Positions 39,874-54,830 of a stretch of DNA of 64,000 bases are shown piece by piece (the first letter of the stretch is position 1; each line of letters starts with the position of its first letter). Position numbers and translations under genes: made by a program. Source of the DNA: Octopus sinensis (taxonomy: Eukaryota); NCBI RefSeq assembly GCF_006345805.1, contig NC_042997.1:21824001-21888000 (forward strand), read 5' to 3'. The notes below the pieces were generated by a model that made no database searches, was not told where the DNA came from, and saw nothing but the letters and a program-made list of their open reading frames with translations.

Positions 39874-41350
39874 CCTATATATATATATATAAATATATAT
39901 ATGTACAAGCATGCATGTATGTATACGTACAAAAATTCGATTTCGTTCGCTATCTGTAAATATCGGTTTCTTTATTTTATATGCTGTTTTCTTTCTGCTG
40001 TTTCTTACAACAGAAATAGACAACCTTCTCACATAAACTTACACATGCATGTTTCTATGTGTCTATTTTCGTGTATATTCTTTAGAGCTTTTGTGTTCAC
40101 AATCAGAGAATTCGATAAACTCTGCGAATTTCAGAACTGTCAATAGAATTCACTTAAAAAATGATTTATTTTTATATAACGCATTGCCTTGACTCATATT
40201 TCTCGTCTATTTCTGTCAGAAAGAATTTTTGAATATGCATATATGTAAAACAATGTAAAGCAGGATTACTGCAATAGACAGAAATGAATTGAAAAGTCTC
40301 TTTCGAAATTAAACTTTCTCTCGCTATTCTATGACTTCAATGAAATTCAACAAGATTCCTGCTAACGACACCAATTAACACTGCAAATTAGCATTTGATA
40401 AATGTAATTTAAAATCAAGAAAATTCAATAACATTATTATGTTTTTCAGTGCTTGGAAAAAGAATAGTTAGTGTGATGGTTGTATTTGTGTGAATCAAGA
40501 GATTTATTACGTATCTGAGTTCAAAACTCGTCGGTCAATAATATTCCTTTCAGCTCTCAGGGGACAAAATATTTACTAGTTAACTCATGCGCGCAAAGAT
40601 AGTCGGTTCTCTCTCTTGCCACAAATGAATATAGCTTTGTATTAATGTCAAAATTAGAAATCTTTATTTGTACTCACACTCCAAGGAGTTGGTAGGCAGT
40701 AGAAAGTGTTGTTTGATATTTAAATATATTTTCAAATTCTGAGTTCAAATACGGTTGAGGATGGAGTAACTACCAGTCAAGTACTGAGGTCGATTTAATT
40801 ATTTCTGTCCTAATCACAATTTCTGACCTTAATTGCTTATTTCAGAAATCATAATTATAATATTTTCACTACTCGTTAATTTAGTCTAATGATTAACTCA
40901 TTAAAGCATAAAGTTTAATTTTCATTCTGCAATAAATTACATTTAATTATAATCAAAAATACTTGTTAGTAGGTACTTTTTTCACCCTGCTGCATTGAGG
41001 ATATTATTCGTTGATGATTAAAATGGATATCTTAACAGCAAAAATGTTGGTTCAAACCGTTAACAGCGCTGGCACTGTCTCACACATACTTCTTTTAAAA
41101 GGCGATAAGTTGGAAGAAATCATATATATATATATATTTAATATAGTTGATCGACGGGATCCAAGATATTCTCTGTATAGAAGAGACTTAGTAATTCTCA
41201 AAAGATTTAAACTTAGACTCCAATGTCATTACAAGGAATCATTCCACAAGGTAAAGAAAGGCTAAAAGAGGGATCAGGTCGAGCGGGAATAGAAACAACT
41301 AAGGCAATAAGCAATTAGACACATAACATATATTAAATAATAAATACTGC

Positions 41351-41424
<74 letters not shown>

Positions 41425-42099
41425 TACATACATACATACATACATGCATACATACATACAACACACAATTTTGAGGATGTAATTTCTCGTAAGGAATTTT
41501 TAATAACAATCTAGATGCCAACTGGCATTTCAATATATAGAAAGAACGTTCTTCAATATATATGTATAAACAATCTCATAATTTGTAAAGTTAAAAGAAA
41601 ATGGAGAAGAAAAACTATATAATGGATACTTGATTCATTTTATTTGTATCAGAATGGAAAAGTAATGCAAAGTAAAAGTGATACCTATAAAAATAAGCAT
41701 AAAAGGAACCCGATCAACAAAACAACCAAACAATATCCGAAAATATCCAACAGATGTTTCAATCCGGCAGTATGTTTGAATTATCAACATTCGAACGGTT
41801 ATAATATTGCTTACATTTGCAAATTTCTAAACACAGTTATTTCGTAATTCAAGACCGGAAAATATACTTACCTTTCCCTGAAGATACCAGGCAATCATTT
41901 GGTTAATTACATCTATAAACGTTTGAATGTTGATGATTCAAACATATTGTCGGATTGAAATATGGTGTAGGATTTTTTTTTTCGAATATTTTTGGTGTTT
42001 AGTTGATGTGGTCATTTTATCCATATTCTTATAGGTATCACTTTGCATTATTTATGTTTCCATTGTGATACAAATAATATATAGTTATAGATATATAGT

Positions 42100-42149
<50 letters not shown>

Positions 42150-42155
42150 TATATA

Positions 42156-42196
<41 letters not shown>

Positions 42197-42242
42197 TGTG
42201 TATATATATATATATATATTATTTTTATATATATCATATATT

Positions 42243-42299
<57 letters not shown>

Positions 42300-44311
42300 T
42301 ATCATATATAGTCATATATATATAAAAGCAATCTTTATATCCAAGTTAACATGGATACATTGTTTAGAGCACCGAATAATGCGCTATTTACCTTGAGAGG
42401 ACTTCTCATGTGGACGATTGCTGAGAGATGATTAATTGTCCGTTACGGGTACCGGAACTGCCAAATCACATGATTTCGACGTGCTCTGTCTCTTCATTTA
42501 CAGTCGTCCGGTAGCCGCATACCAGTCAGATCTCACTGCCTGGAATATATGGAATTTCTGTTGAAATCGGTGTGATTTGACGTCATAGTGCAGATAGTCG
42601 GATCAATTCCTGTGAAACTCTGACGACTAAGCAAAGTTATCACTTTGGCAGAAATAATATGCAATCTCAATTTAATTAGGTCTTTCACGTTCTGAGTTCA
42701 ACAATAGTAGAACCTATCGCGTCACAGACGCTAAAGAGGAAAAGAGTGTGAGTATGTATGTGTGTGCGTGTCTGTTTAATGAAATTTGGTTCTGATTTTG
42801 CTATTCGATGCGATGCATATTTAATAGTCATAAATTTTGTTTTAGCTGGATTCGAAATCAATAAACTGTTTAGGCTAAATTCATGCTATGTGATTCCAAA
42901 TGGATGTTAAATCTGCGTGTAAAAAGAATATTCTATATTGAAACTGCCTTTTAACTGGAAAACGAAATAAACACCAAGACACAAATGTTAGCACCTTTCT
43001 AAAAATTCGAACTTTATCATCAAATAATTTATTGCATAAATACTTGATACTTATAACTAATGTTTAAGATCCTGTTTTAATACTGACTTAAATATCAATT
43101 TAGATAAAATTCAAACCTAAAAGAAAGAGAAAATGAAAGAGTCAGAAATGGCGGTTTTGTATTACAATATTTTATTGCCAAACGCCTCACACCGTTCCAG
43201 AATAATATATGCAGTGTCAGGAATAATGTAATAATACACTCTGAGTAATTGGATTGTCAGTAAAAAGTAAATGAGCTGGTCTCTATTTCTAAAAGTGTGA
43301 TCTGACTAAAATAATTCATTAGAAATGCAATTAGGTTTTACGTTATTGGGATTTTCCCTTTTAACAATATTTTCTGGAAGATGGGAATTAGTTAATGAGA
43401 TAAAACCTCATTAGAAACTTGCATAATGTTGCAGAATTGTTCCGAAAATATCTTAATATAATTAGTGCGTTATATGTCCATCTTGCTATGTTGCTGTTTT
43501 AATATAGGCACTTCATAGAAAATAGGATATATATAAACATAACTAACTGTTCTTTATTTAAAGTGGCAAAAACATCTACAATGCAACAGTTTCAAGATGG
43601 TAAATATAGCGTAAAGGAAATATATTGTTTTAACAATAATCATGAAGTAAATTGATCAGGCAATGAGACATAAATTCTGAGTGTTAGAGTTCATAAAGAG
43701 AACAAATATCTACGAATAGAAAAAAAAACCAAAGATGCACGTGGACAAACAGTAAACTCGTTTAGAGAAATAGCAATTTCTAAGCAGACTGTCTCGGTAA
43801 AGAACACCTAAAGTTTCTATTTGACTTAAGCGAATTTAGTTTTAGTAACATAGAAGCCATTTAAATAGAGAAAATGCAAAATCTAAAGCAATATCAAAAG
43901 AAAGACTAATACAAATTTGTAGCTGATATATCAACAAAGGAAGGAGTATTTGCTATTTAGTAAACATATTTTGAAATGCCTTAGATGAAAGAAAGATATT
44001 TAACAAGTAGGGTTACTTTAGTGTCATTCTCAAACGCATTCCTTTAGTATAGCAAGAGAAATATTTCACCCAATTTTAACCAAAATATGCTAATGAATAA
44101 AAGCAAAGAAAAATTAATTCTAAATATTTCTTAAGAAACGACTTCAATAGGTTTCTGAAAGATGCCAAAGCGGATGCTCCAGAAAGTAATCGCTGAGGCA
44201 AGAAAACAAACAGCTCTTCTTTTTACCGAAAATTCAATTATTCAGGATATATATATTAATGTATCAAAGCTGATAGATTTCATTTTAAATGTGAAGCCGC
44301 GTTTTGCAAAG

Positions 44312-44354
<43 letters not shown>

Positions 44355-44443
44355 CATATATATATATGCCTTTGCAACGCTTCACATTTAAAATGACGTC
44401 CTGTGCCCATGTATGCATATATATATATATATATATGTATCTA

Positions 44444-44857
44444 TACTCTTTTACTCTTTTACTTGTTTCAGTCATTTGACTGCGGCCATGCTGGAGCACC
44501 GCCTTTAGTCCAGCAAATCGACCCCGGGACTTATTCTTTGTAAGCCCAGTACTTATTCTATCGGTCTCTTTTGCCGAACCGCTAAGTGACGGGGACGTAA
44601 ACACACCAGCATCGGTTGTCAAGCAATGCTAGGGGGACAAACACAGACACACAAACATACATACAAATACATATATATATATATACATATATACGACAGG
44701 ATTCTTTCAGTTTCCGTCTACCAAATCTACTCACAAGGCATTGGTCGGTCCGAGGCTATAGCAGAAGACACTTGCCCAAAGGTTCCACGCAGTGGGACTG
44801 AACCCGGAACCATGTGGTTCGTAAGCAAGCTACTTACCACACAGCCACTCCTGCGCC
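44444..44857 (-). mobile_element. SINE family 1, full length
   Basis: Reverse complement of the family consensus seen elsewhere in the window. Confidence 0.9.
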
Positions 44858-45548
44858 TATGTATGAACATATATGTATGTATATATGCATATATGCATAT
44901 ATATATATTATTTATATTATTATTTAATTGAAAGCCACGCATCCATTTCCAAGTAAGTATATCTTAATATTTTTGGTGCGACTCTACTCTTTATTGTTTT
45001 CTACTCTATCTGTCTCTCTGTTTTCTATCCGTTTCTCTCTCTCTCTCTTTCTTTCCTCTTTACTCTCTGTCTCTGTCTCTCTGTCTCTCTCTCTCTCTCG
45101 TTGTTTGCTTGTGACCATCATCCATCTTTCTTTTCCTTACGTGATCATCTTCCTTTTCCTTCAGTGCTGTCGTATCCCATCTGTCTCTCTCGTCTATCTT
45201 TTGTCTTGTTAAAGACAATATTTCTCCAGCGTTCGCTACATTACTTCGTCTGGTCTAACGACCCTCCGTGTTTGTTTTCGTTCGGTTTCCTTGTATGTCT
45301 CCATTGTCCTGTTTTTGTTACCAAAATCCCAGATTGTATTTTTGATTTTTGCGGAAGCAACTGCTTTCGAAGTCTCATATTGTCGTTCAATGCTCGAAAT
45401 GAGGAGTAGATGGACAGCCGACAACTGATGAAGGATCGTTCTTTATGTTATTTGTTCTGTTTTCCATTCGTTTCTCTCGTTGTTTGCGTACCCAACATGT
45501 TTTTGTATTTCATGTTGTTTATGGTTTGTGAAGTCCTCAACCCATATA

Positions 45549-45620
<72 letters not shown>

Positions 45621-45689
45621 TATATATATATGTATGTATATATATATTATATATATGTACTTATATATATATATATATATAAACAGTTC

Positions 45690-45866
45690 CATATTTTGGT
45701 ATAAGGCTAGCAATTTTCGTGGGAGGGGGTAAGTCAAGCACATCGACCCCAGTGCTCCCCTCGTACTTATTTTATCGATCTCGACGGAATTTGAACTCAG
45801 AACGTAAAGAAGGTTGAAAAGCTGCTTTGCATCTTTGTCCGACGTGCTAACGTTTCTGCCAGCTGA
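45690..45866 (-). mobile_element. Diverged SINE family 2
   Basis: ATCGACCCCAG...GTACTTATTTTATCGA...TTTGAACTCAGAACGT...CGTTTCTGCCAGCT. Confidence 0.7.
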
Positions 45867-45930
45867 CCTTATATACTGTATATAGATAGAATAGAATAGA
45901 ATAGAATAGATAGAATAGAATAGAATAGAT

Positions 45931-45965
<35 letters not shown>

Positions 45966-48922
45966 GCTATTAAACTGCTTTGACACACTTGTGTGGTTAA
46001 GAAGGTCTCTTCTTCACACCTACGTGATTCAGAGTTCGACCTCACTACGCACACCTAGCGTATGTATATTCTACCATATCGTCGGTTTCACCAATTCCAT
46101 CTGAGCGAAATTACATAAAACAGCATGAAAATATTAGTATTATATTCAGTGGACTAGACCAAGAAAGTATGGTGACGTTGGTTGATTTTAAAATGTTTTC
46201 CTTCTAAATTAAATATATTTGTTAAAAGAAAAATATGACAAATTTTTAATAGTAAAAATTAAACGCAAGCATAGTTATGCCTCCAGTGCCAGTTTGAAGA
46301 AAAGGCTCATCGCTACATACACACACGCATATGCACACATTATTGTGTGTGAACAGCTTTATTTTCAAGTTTGTGATATATGCGTGTGTGAGTGTGTGTG
46401 TGTATGTGTGTGTGTGTGTGTGTGTTCGCGCGCGCTTGCATGCGTGTGTGTATATATGTAATTTTGAATAAAGACAAAATGTCTGTAATCTTTCCAAGCG
46501 AGGAAGAGAAAGGGAACCAAACAGGCTCCACTGTATTATTTGTAAATATTTATCAAACACACTTTAAAAGAAAGCGTAATAGCGAATCTTATTCCAATGA
46601 GATTTGATCCCAGAGCATGAAAATATATTCTGTAAAACATTCAGTTTGATATTCTGTTCGTTCTGCAAATTCTCATAAATTGCCATCGAGTTTGATTGTT
46701 TGATTATAACAGCAGCAGAAGAAAATTGATCTGCAATGAGATTTTATTCGGAATGGTTATCAGCAACATTTCTCTCATCTCCTCATCTACGATATCAAAT
46801 CTGATTAAATTCCTGTTTGATTGCTTGATCGATTGATTGATTGTTTTCTTGAGAATCCGCCTCTTGTGTCTTTTCAAGACTACTGAAGTGAAGAAGTCTA
46901 GATGTTTCTTTTGTTTGTCTAATTAATGATTAGCTAGAAAAAAATTAATATTGTTTTGTTAAAAATATTCTATTTTTTTTGTAGAACATCTGAATATTCA
47001 GTGTGTATTTCGTATAGTATACAGTCTACGAGTTTCGCGTAGCATGGAATCAGTTAAATGATGTAAATATTTGAAAGAACATTTGAGCGATGTTGGTGAG
47101 AATATAGGCAAAATATGTATGACACCAACAAATAAAAATGAAGTGAAAAGTTAGTATCGCCTTTAATAGGTTGTTTATGTGTGTGTGTGTGTGTGTGTGT
47201 GGTGGGTATAATATTTCAGAAAAGATTTCTTCTCTCGACAGAAGAAATTAAATTATCTAAGAGTTCGAAAAAATGATAGCTCAGAGTATCCTAAAGTGTT
47301 GTGACAAAATCAGATAGTCAAAGAAAACACAAAGCAATAGAAATTTATACATATACAAACTTGTACCTATCAACAAAAGTTTATAGACTTATTTAGTGAT
47401 ATTATTGATTGTGATCAATGGTTGAGCTAAATATATTCAAATATTGATTACATAGTCTTTTATTGGTTTCAATGATTCGAGTGAAGTCAGCTGGTGAGAT
47501 CAATTATATCAATCCACAGAACTTAGACTTGTAATCATATTATCTATATATATATTTATAGCTAGACTTACCGTTTTAAGTTAGGAAAGTAAATACCACA
47601 AGGTATTTGCATTTATTTAAACCAGTGTGTGTATGCAAAAAGTATATGTACATACACATATGTTATAGAGTGTCTAGAAACTATTTTTTTAAGGAAAAGA
47701 AAAAGACAGAGCAAATTTCCGATTCCTCGTTTAAAAATTCTATATTTATTCCCATAAACCATTTTATATACCTTTTCAACATCTTTACTCAATAACTGCA
47801 CTTGCGATCGAAACAAGTGATGACCCGTAAGTACTCAATCTAGTGAACATGTGTGTTGTGCAAAAATGATATAATCTTTTCATACCTTTGTCTTGAAAAA
47901 TGAGCTCTTCAGGTGACGTGTTGAAAGGGCTCACTTCTGTTTTTCATAGTTAGCTACACTCTCGAGGTAATCTATTGTTTAAAATAAACGTATGTAGCCA
48001 TGATCTTCCCGTGTTTCAGTGCGTCATAATAGAAAACACTGTTCATGCCCCACTAGTCTAACATCGGTTTTGGTGTTGGTACTGCATTGTCATCTACTGA
48101 CAATGAAAGCCACATTCTCTCTTTACCCTTTCTCTCTGTTCGAGGAAAGAAATTTGTTTTCAGGTGAACATGACACTTTCAGGTTCTATGCAAATGTATA
48201 GATCTTCGATGAGAGTTATTTTTTCATAGATACATAGATGGCCTTTTGGCTATGCGACAGAATTAAGGAAAAGTGCTCGAAAACAACGCTAATAGGAAAG
48301 TATGTCGTCCTTCTAGGCTTGAGAAGAATATCTGTATAAAAACAAGATAAACGAGAGTTGAAATGCTAAAAGAGGAGCGGAAAAGACTCAAATGATCAAG
48401 TGAGCTGTTAGGTCCAAAATGGTTGGATGAATGGATGGTTGAAGAAACAGGATGGTCACGGGGTACTTTTAAGGCAGAACAGCGGAAGAACGGATAATGG
48501 AAGGTAGAAAAAAAGGGCAGAGAGTGATAGAGGGCAGGTTCGTACAAAGAGAAGAAAGATGGAGTGGGAATAGACGAGAGAAAGAGTAGACAAAGTTAGA
48601 GAAGAACAGATATAGAGAAAGAAAGCGTGGAAAGAGAAAGAGAAAAAGACAAGCACTTAATAATTGAAAAAATAGACAAAGGAAGAAAAAGAAAAGTAAA
48701 TAAAGACACAGGGGAACAGATAGATAAATAGAAAGATGTTGCTCAAAATGGAGACCGCTATATAGGGAACGGCCTTCAGTGGGAACGGGAAAATGTGAGT
48801 GACCTTGTTATTATTAACTAGCATTCCCGTGTCGTCAACAATACCCACAAATTTATCAGTGATAGAAAATGGGATATCAAAACAATGCAAGAAACCATTG
48901 CTAAAATTCAGCAATCAAGTGA

Positions 48923-48995
<73 letters not shown>

Positions 48996-49014
48996 ACATA
49001 TATCTACACACACA

Positions 49015-49049
<35 letters not shown>

Positions 49050-49079
49050 CACCCTGCGGGATGAAAAAAACATACATAC

Positions 49080-49113
<34 letters not shown>

Positions 49114-49201
49114 TATCAGGGTAATAAAGATTTTAGAAATTTTACTACCAGTGGCCTAGCATATAGAAAAATTAGTTAATAGACTATATATCATTTATAT
49201 A

Positions 49202-49309
49202 AAATACATTGTACATTAAAACACTTTAAGAGGTTTCCATCATAGGAATCCTTTCTAGTGTAAATGATTCCTACTATGGAAGCCTCTTAATGTGTTTTAA
49301 TGTACACTG

Positions 49310-49313
<4 letters not shown>
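49202..49313. repeat. Imperfect inverted repeat, ~48-bp arms, ~16-nt spacer
   Basis: AATACATTGTACATTAAAACAC...TAGGAATC versus GATTCCTA...GTGTTTTAATGTACACTGTATT. Confidence 0.8.
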
Positions 49314-49340
<27 letters not shown>

Positions 49341-49343
<3 letters not shown>

Positions 49344-49611
49344 CAATAATAAATCTCTGAACGAGATGTAAACAGTAACCGCTCGACAACGTAAAGTATA
49401 CTAGCCATCTCACTATGGCTAACCACTAAGGATGGGTGTTACTGTAACTTTTAGCCCCAGGAGATCAGGATGACCTCCCTTTGCAAATACCATAAGGGCA
49501 CAGAAAGTGTGCCTAAAGCCAGCTGGAGACGATGATCTCCTGGGGCTAAAAGCTACAGTAACACCCCCCTTAGTGGTTAGCCATATTGAGATGGCTAGTA
49601 TACTTTACGTT
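49341..49611. mobile_element. Fold-back fragment of the 8150-8780 family (~80-bp arms)
   Basis: 49388-49467 is inverted to 49533-49611. The spacer GATGACCTCCC...GCCAGCTGGA and the end AATCTCTGAACGAGATGTAAACAG match the 8.4-8.8 kb element. Confidence 0.75.
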
Positions 49612-50670
49612 TTATATATATAATATATATATATATATATAATATATATATATATAATGTACATAATATAAAGATACAAGTTATTTATAGTTTCGTGCTT
49701 TGGAGAAAGAGGTATGTAGAACTGCGTTATTTAATGTTACCTTTCCTTGAGCTAGTACGATATAATTTTAGTGAAGATTGCCTGATATTTCTAGCAGACC
49801 AAGTGATCAAGTACGGACTCCCACGCTTGTTCAAAACACAAGTTAGCGATTTAGCACATATCGTTGTTTCCTTCTGTGCATAGAAACAAATCAAAAATAT
49901 TTTTAAATGTTATTTTATATCAGTGAGTGAAGAAGTATTCAGTAAGAGAAAAAAATATTTAAAGTAATAATTTATTAAACTGGGATTTGATTCATCATAT
50001 TTTACAATTATAATAATTCCCAAAAGACTATCCAACTGGAAGATGTTATAAATAAATCATCAATATTGTGCAAACAAATATTTCTATGAATAAAGGTGTA
50101 CTTTATCAATTCTCTTCTGAGTAGGAAATTGTGAATCAAATTAGAGCTAAGTTTTGTAATTATACAATAACATTGTTTAATTATAGAAACAGACGGACCA
50201 ATCACAGTGTAGCTTGGTCTAACTTCTCTCATAGGAACCAAGGAAGAATATGCAATACCTATTCGTCTGCAAACACAGGCTTATTTAAGGAGATTATAAT
50301 AAATGCTGACAATTAATTAATGGTAGGGCAAATGTTACAGGAAATATCTTTTAGTGTTAGATGCGGACAGTTCCAATAATTTCCTAGAAATGCCAAGTTT
50401 CAACGTCTATCCACTTGCTTTTTGAAATCATTTATACTTCTTTCTTTTCAAGGCAACGTTATAAGTTGGAAAGAGTGTGTATAAGCGATGTGTAAGATAA
50501 TGGAATCTGTTACCATTTGTTTTCTAGAATCCTTTCTATTTCGCCTCAGTGATACCTTGGACCGTGTATTTTTATTCATGCACTAATCTTAGATGACAGG
50601 AATTGTGTACACATGTTGCATAAGATTCCTTGACAAATGTCAACTTTGTTTAAAGATAGATTATGTGTGT

Positions 50671-50718
<48 letters not shown>

Positions 50719-50780
50719 TGGTGGTTGTGTGTGGTTGTGTGTGTGTGTTTGTGTGTGTGTGGTGGGTGCGTGTATAAAAT

Positions 50781-51480
50781 AACATTATTATTCATAAAAT
50801 AATAACGTCAGTTGCCGCAAGCATAAAAGTCATATGATCAAAATCAATAAATACGTATAAAATATAGAAATATATTTATATATAACAGGGTACTAATAAG
50901 CACCTGCTTTGCTAAAGGGAGGAGTCAAAACACTCCGAAGACATAGAAGAATCACTAAATTAATACAGCGATGATAGGAAAAAATTAAGTGAATAAAAAA
51001 ATTACGTTTTCCCTTTGCAAAGGTTTCAGAAGGAATGTGAGTTGATCTCGTATCATGATTTCGAATTTAGCGCCAAAAGCACTCGATTCTCATCAACCAC
51101 ATCTATTAGTAACAATTACTAAGATTCACTTCTTTCTTTAACAAGGCAGGCGCTTATTAGTACCCTATTATATATAAATATATTTCTGCATTTTATATAT
51201 ATTTATTGATTTTTGCCTGTACGACTTTTATGCTTGCGGGCACTAACATTATTATTTTTATGAATAATAATGCTCTTTTAAAAAAATATATATTTATAAA
51301 TAATTCACATTGTTAATTTGTTTCAATGGTGATTGGGCACTCAAACGAACACATGTATGATAGCAGTGAATCTTGGTTAGTCTTACTAGTAGATCTGGCT
51401 GAAGGGAATCAAGTGCCTTTGGCGCTAAATTCGAAATCATGATATCAGATTAACTCATTCCTTCTGCAACCTTTGCAGAA
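50781..51480. mobile_element. Interleaved double inverted repeat (A...B'A'...B) with hammerhead motifs in B and B'
   Basis: 50781-50917 is inverted to 51136-51274, and ~51010-51130 is inverted to ~51365-51480. HHR-like 51044-51104 (-) and 51392-51451 (+); inferred consensus GATCTGG-CTGATGA-GAAT...ATTC-GAAA-TCATGA-TA-CCAGATC. Confidence 0.75.
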
Positions 51481-51636
51481 GTAAGACACAATTCTTATTT
51501 GCTTAATTTTTTCCTATCATGATTTAATGATCCTTCTGCGGCTATATATATGTGTGTATGTGTGTGTGTATATATGTGTGTATGTATGTATGTATGTATG
51601 TATGTATGTATGTATGTATGTATGTATGTATGTATG

Positions 51637-51675
<39 letters not shown>

Positions 51676-51829
51676 CTTTTATTGTTTACTTGTTTCAGCT
51701 ATTGGACACCGGTCATACTGGAACACCATTTTAAACCCAGGTGAACGCAGTACGTCTTTTTTAAAGCCAGGTACTTAATCTATCGGATCTTTTGCCTATT
51801 CAATCGTAGACCTGTGTCCAAGTGGCGTT

Positions 51830-52440
51830 CTACTGATTCCACTGTTCACTTTTTTAAACTACAGCCATCTAAATGCTTTTTCAGCAGCCTCTATACCATT
51901 TCATACCACTTCTGCTCATTCCTATAATACCCAAGTTTCCATGATCTTTACTGAAGAAATGAAATGCAACTCCTCGACTACCGACCTACCTCTGCTAACA
52001 AAACACTTAGTCCTCTACCTATTCAGGCGGGAGTCCTCCCCACGATTTTGCTCTCTTCCTACTTTCGCCTCAGCCATTCTCTCATCACAGTGCACAGTTA
52101 ACTCCAGTCTCCTTATAACTGCTTCTACTAGTTAACTTATAACATTTAGTATGCCATCGGAGATTTTTCGTGAGTCTTTTTTTTGACATCTTTCTCTCAT
52201 TAAAACGACGTTCTTCCTGGCTAAAACAGGGGATTTTCTGCTGTCATTGATTCTCTTAAAGACAGTCTCATCGATAGTCTTGAGGACACGCTCATGTCTT
52301 CTGTGATAGCATCTCTCGCCTACTGCCTTGGGCCAGCTGTACAAAAGAATGTGTTTGAGGGTTCCCGTTTTACAACAAAGGTAACATGCAGCTGTTTTCA
52401 ATGTGTCCCAGTCTGGGGAGGATATCGTAATTTACTAGAA
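51830..52440 (-). pseudogene. R2/NeSL-like LINE 3' fragment (CCHC knuckle and RLE tail) with an internal deletion
   Basis: CYLCCKTGTLKHILLYSWPKAVGERCYHRRHERVL resembles CxLC...L.HILS.CPKAL...RYRWRHD.VL; downstream RTKCF and EAAEK remnants. Confidence 0.65.
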
Positions 52441-52838
52441 TCAAAAAGGTGATCATCTATTGGTTCCATTTCAATGTGACATTCCGTTCATTCATCTGAG
52501 TCCATTTCATCCAAACAATCTGTTTTTGCATTGCTACTACTTGGCTTTCCCCGCTCTACGTCTACTGATGCTCGTGCCTACATTTGCACCGTCAGGCCAT
52601 GCCACAGCGGGTTATTGTTGCTCTTCTGACACCGGCTCAGTTTTATGCTAAACTGTCAAGAAAAACTTAAGTGTCAACCACTCCACAGTCTACTTGATAA
52701 ATTCAGCTGCTTTTCATTTCCTCCCTGTCCTCAAAGGCATGCTACCTTTGATGTCCCTAGAACTTATGTGTTTCTAGCATACGCGTGGGTACTCACACAG
52801 ATAGACACGAATTACATATACATGTATATATATAATAT

Positions 52839-52900
<62 letters not shown>

Positions 52901-53320
52901 TGTGTGTGTGTGTGTGTACATACATACATACATACATACATACATACATACATACATACATAATATCTATCTCGCGTGAAAATTTCAAATGAATGGAATA
53001 AATATTTTGTATGTTATGATGAAATATAAACAAGCGATATTACAAATTTCAGCGGCCAAATGTTATGGGTTACTTAGACAAAATGAACTACTAATCGAGG
53101 TATTTGTTGTTTAGAAGACTGTTAATGGGCTAACAGTTACTTCTTATGAGCATACATTATCGGAACATTCAACTGTCAACATGGCGGCTTGTGAGAGATG
53201 ACCGGTGTCCTGCGATGAAAAACAAAGGATTGTCGCTGCACTTTTTCCATAACCCCATGGTGACGTTGAATCAGGACTGTTTACTGTCTCAGAGTTTGCA
53301 CACACCATGTCATTTCGCAC

Positions 53321-53660
53321 AAACTCCGCCGAGGTCGACTTTGCCTTTCATCCTTTCGGGGTCGATAAATTAAGTACCAGTTACGAACTGGGGTCGATGT
53401 AATCGACTTAATACCTATGTCTGTCCTTGTTTGTTGCCTCTGTGTTTGGCCCCTTGTGGGTAATAAAGAAATAGGTATTGCGTCTGCCGTTACGTTCGGC
53501 GTTCGAATTCCGCCGAGGTCGACTTTGCTTTTCATCATTTCGAGGTCGATAAGTTAAGTACCAATTACGCACTGGGGTCGATGTAATCGACTTAATCCCT
53601 TCGTCTGTCCTTGTTTGTCCCCTGTATGTTTAGACCCTTGTGGGTAGTAAAGAAATAAGA
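53321..53660 (+). mobile_element. Head-to-tail dimer of 5'-truncated SINE family 2
   Basis: CCGCCGAGGTCGACTTTG...AAAGAAATA occurs twice. Confidence 0.85.
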
Positions 53661-54577
53661 AACTGTTGATTTTGGAGTAACTAATATAGTATAGCCAGCT
53701 AATAAAAGTTCGAATAAACAGGTACACGTGCACTTTTTTGTCTGCATGTCTGTACCGCTTCGCTAATATACTCGGTTGATTTAAGCATTTTCTACTTTGC
53801 AAAATATGGCGAAAATACAGAAAATAGATCAATAGAACATAAAAGATCATCAATGATAAAATGTCAGTTAATGTCGATATAACACCATATAGGAGTTGTA
53901 TGTGATGTTGATATTAAGAAATATTAATTTAATGTCAGCGCAAAAAGCCAAAGTTTTCTTGCTTTTCAGTTTTTTTCTTGTTTTTTCTTTTTCCCGTTTT
54001 TCCATCGTTGAAATGACCATGTTTCTATCCTTCAATTATACATTCTGATAAAAATATATTGCAGAATAATAATGATTACAATAATAAAAACAACAACGAC
54101 GAAGACCACAAAACCACCAGCATCAACAACAATAATAGTAATAATTATCATTTTATGAGGAACAAAGCTAATAAAATTTTATATCTCCAATAGATATGAA
54201 ATATATGAAACTTTTAATAGGAATTACAAATAAGAAAAAGAAGTAGATTGTAAAAGACAAGTTTGCAAATACGAAAGGGAGAAATGAAATATGCTATACA
54301 ATATATATGGAAGTTGTGTTAAAATTTTAAAGGTATACACACATACAGCCAAACATACACACATACACAGATGCATATACATTTACATATATAAATACAC
54401 ATGCATAATACGCTTACATTCTTACACACATATGTGTACATGCACATATTTATATGGAAATAAATATAGAAGTTCAACTAAACAAATAATAATTAAAACA
54501 ATATTTAAAAGAAATATAAGTTGAAAGATCACTTATTAGGTTGGGATAGTACATGCCATGAAAGCTTTCGTTAAACT

Positions 54578-54771
54578 ACAGTTCAATATTTAAGAGATGG
54601 AGAATTATGTACTTTATTAAACATTATTTACATTTGACGAATATTTGTCCTCATCTTGGTTGTTGTTAACACAACGTTTCGGCTAATATACCCTCCAGCC
54701 TTCATCAGGTGTCTTGAGGAAATTTCGAACTTGGTTTCTCATTCCTAAGGTATTTTTCGATGTTGTTGTTG

Positions 54772-54830
<59 letters not shown>

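Noticed and set aside
45420-45460. CTGATGAAGGAT after a pyrimidine-rich region resembling a PLE 3' end
   Set aside because: No downstream GAAA or cleavage stem; at most a heavily decayed remnant.
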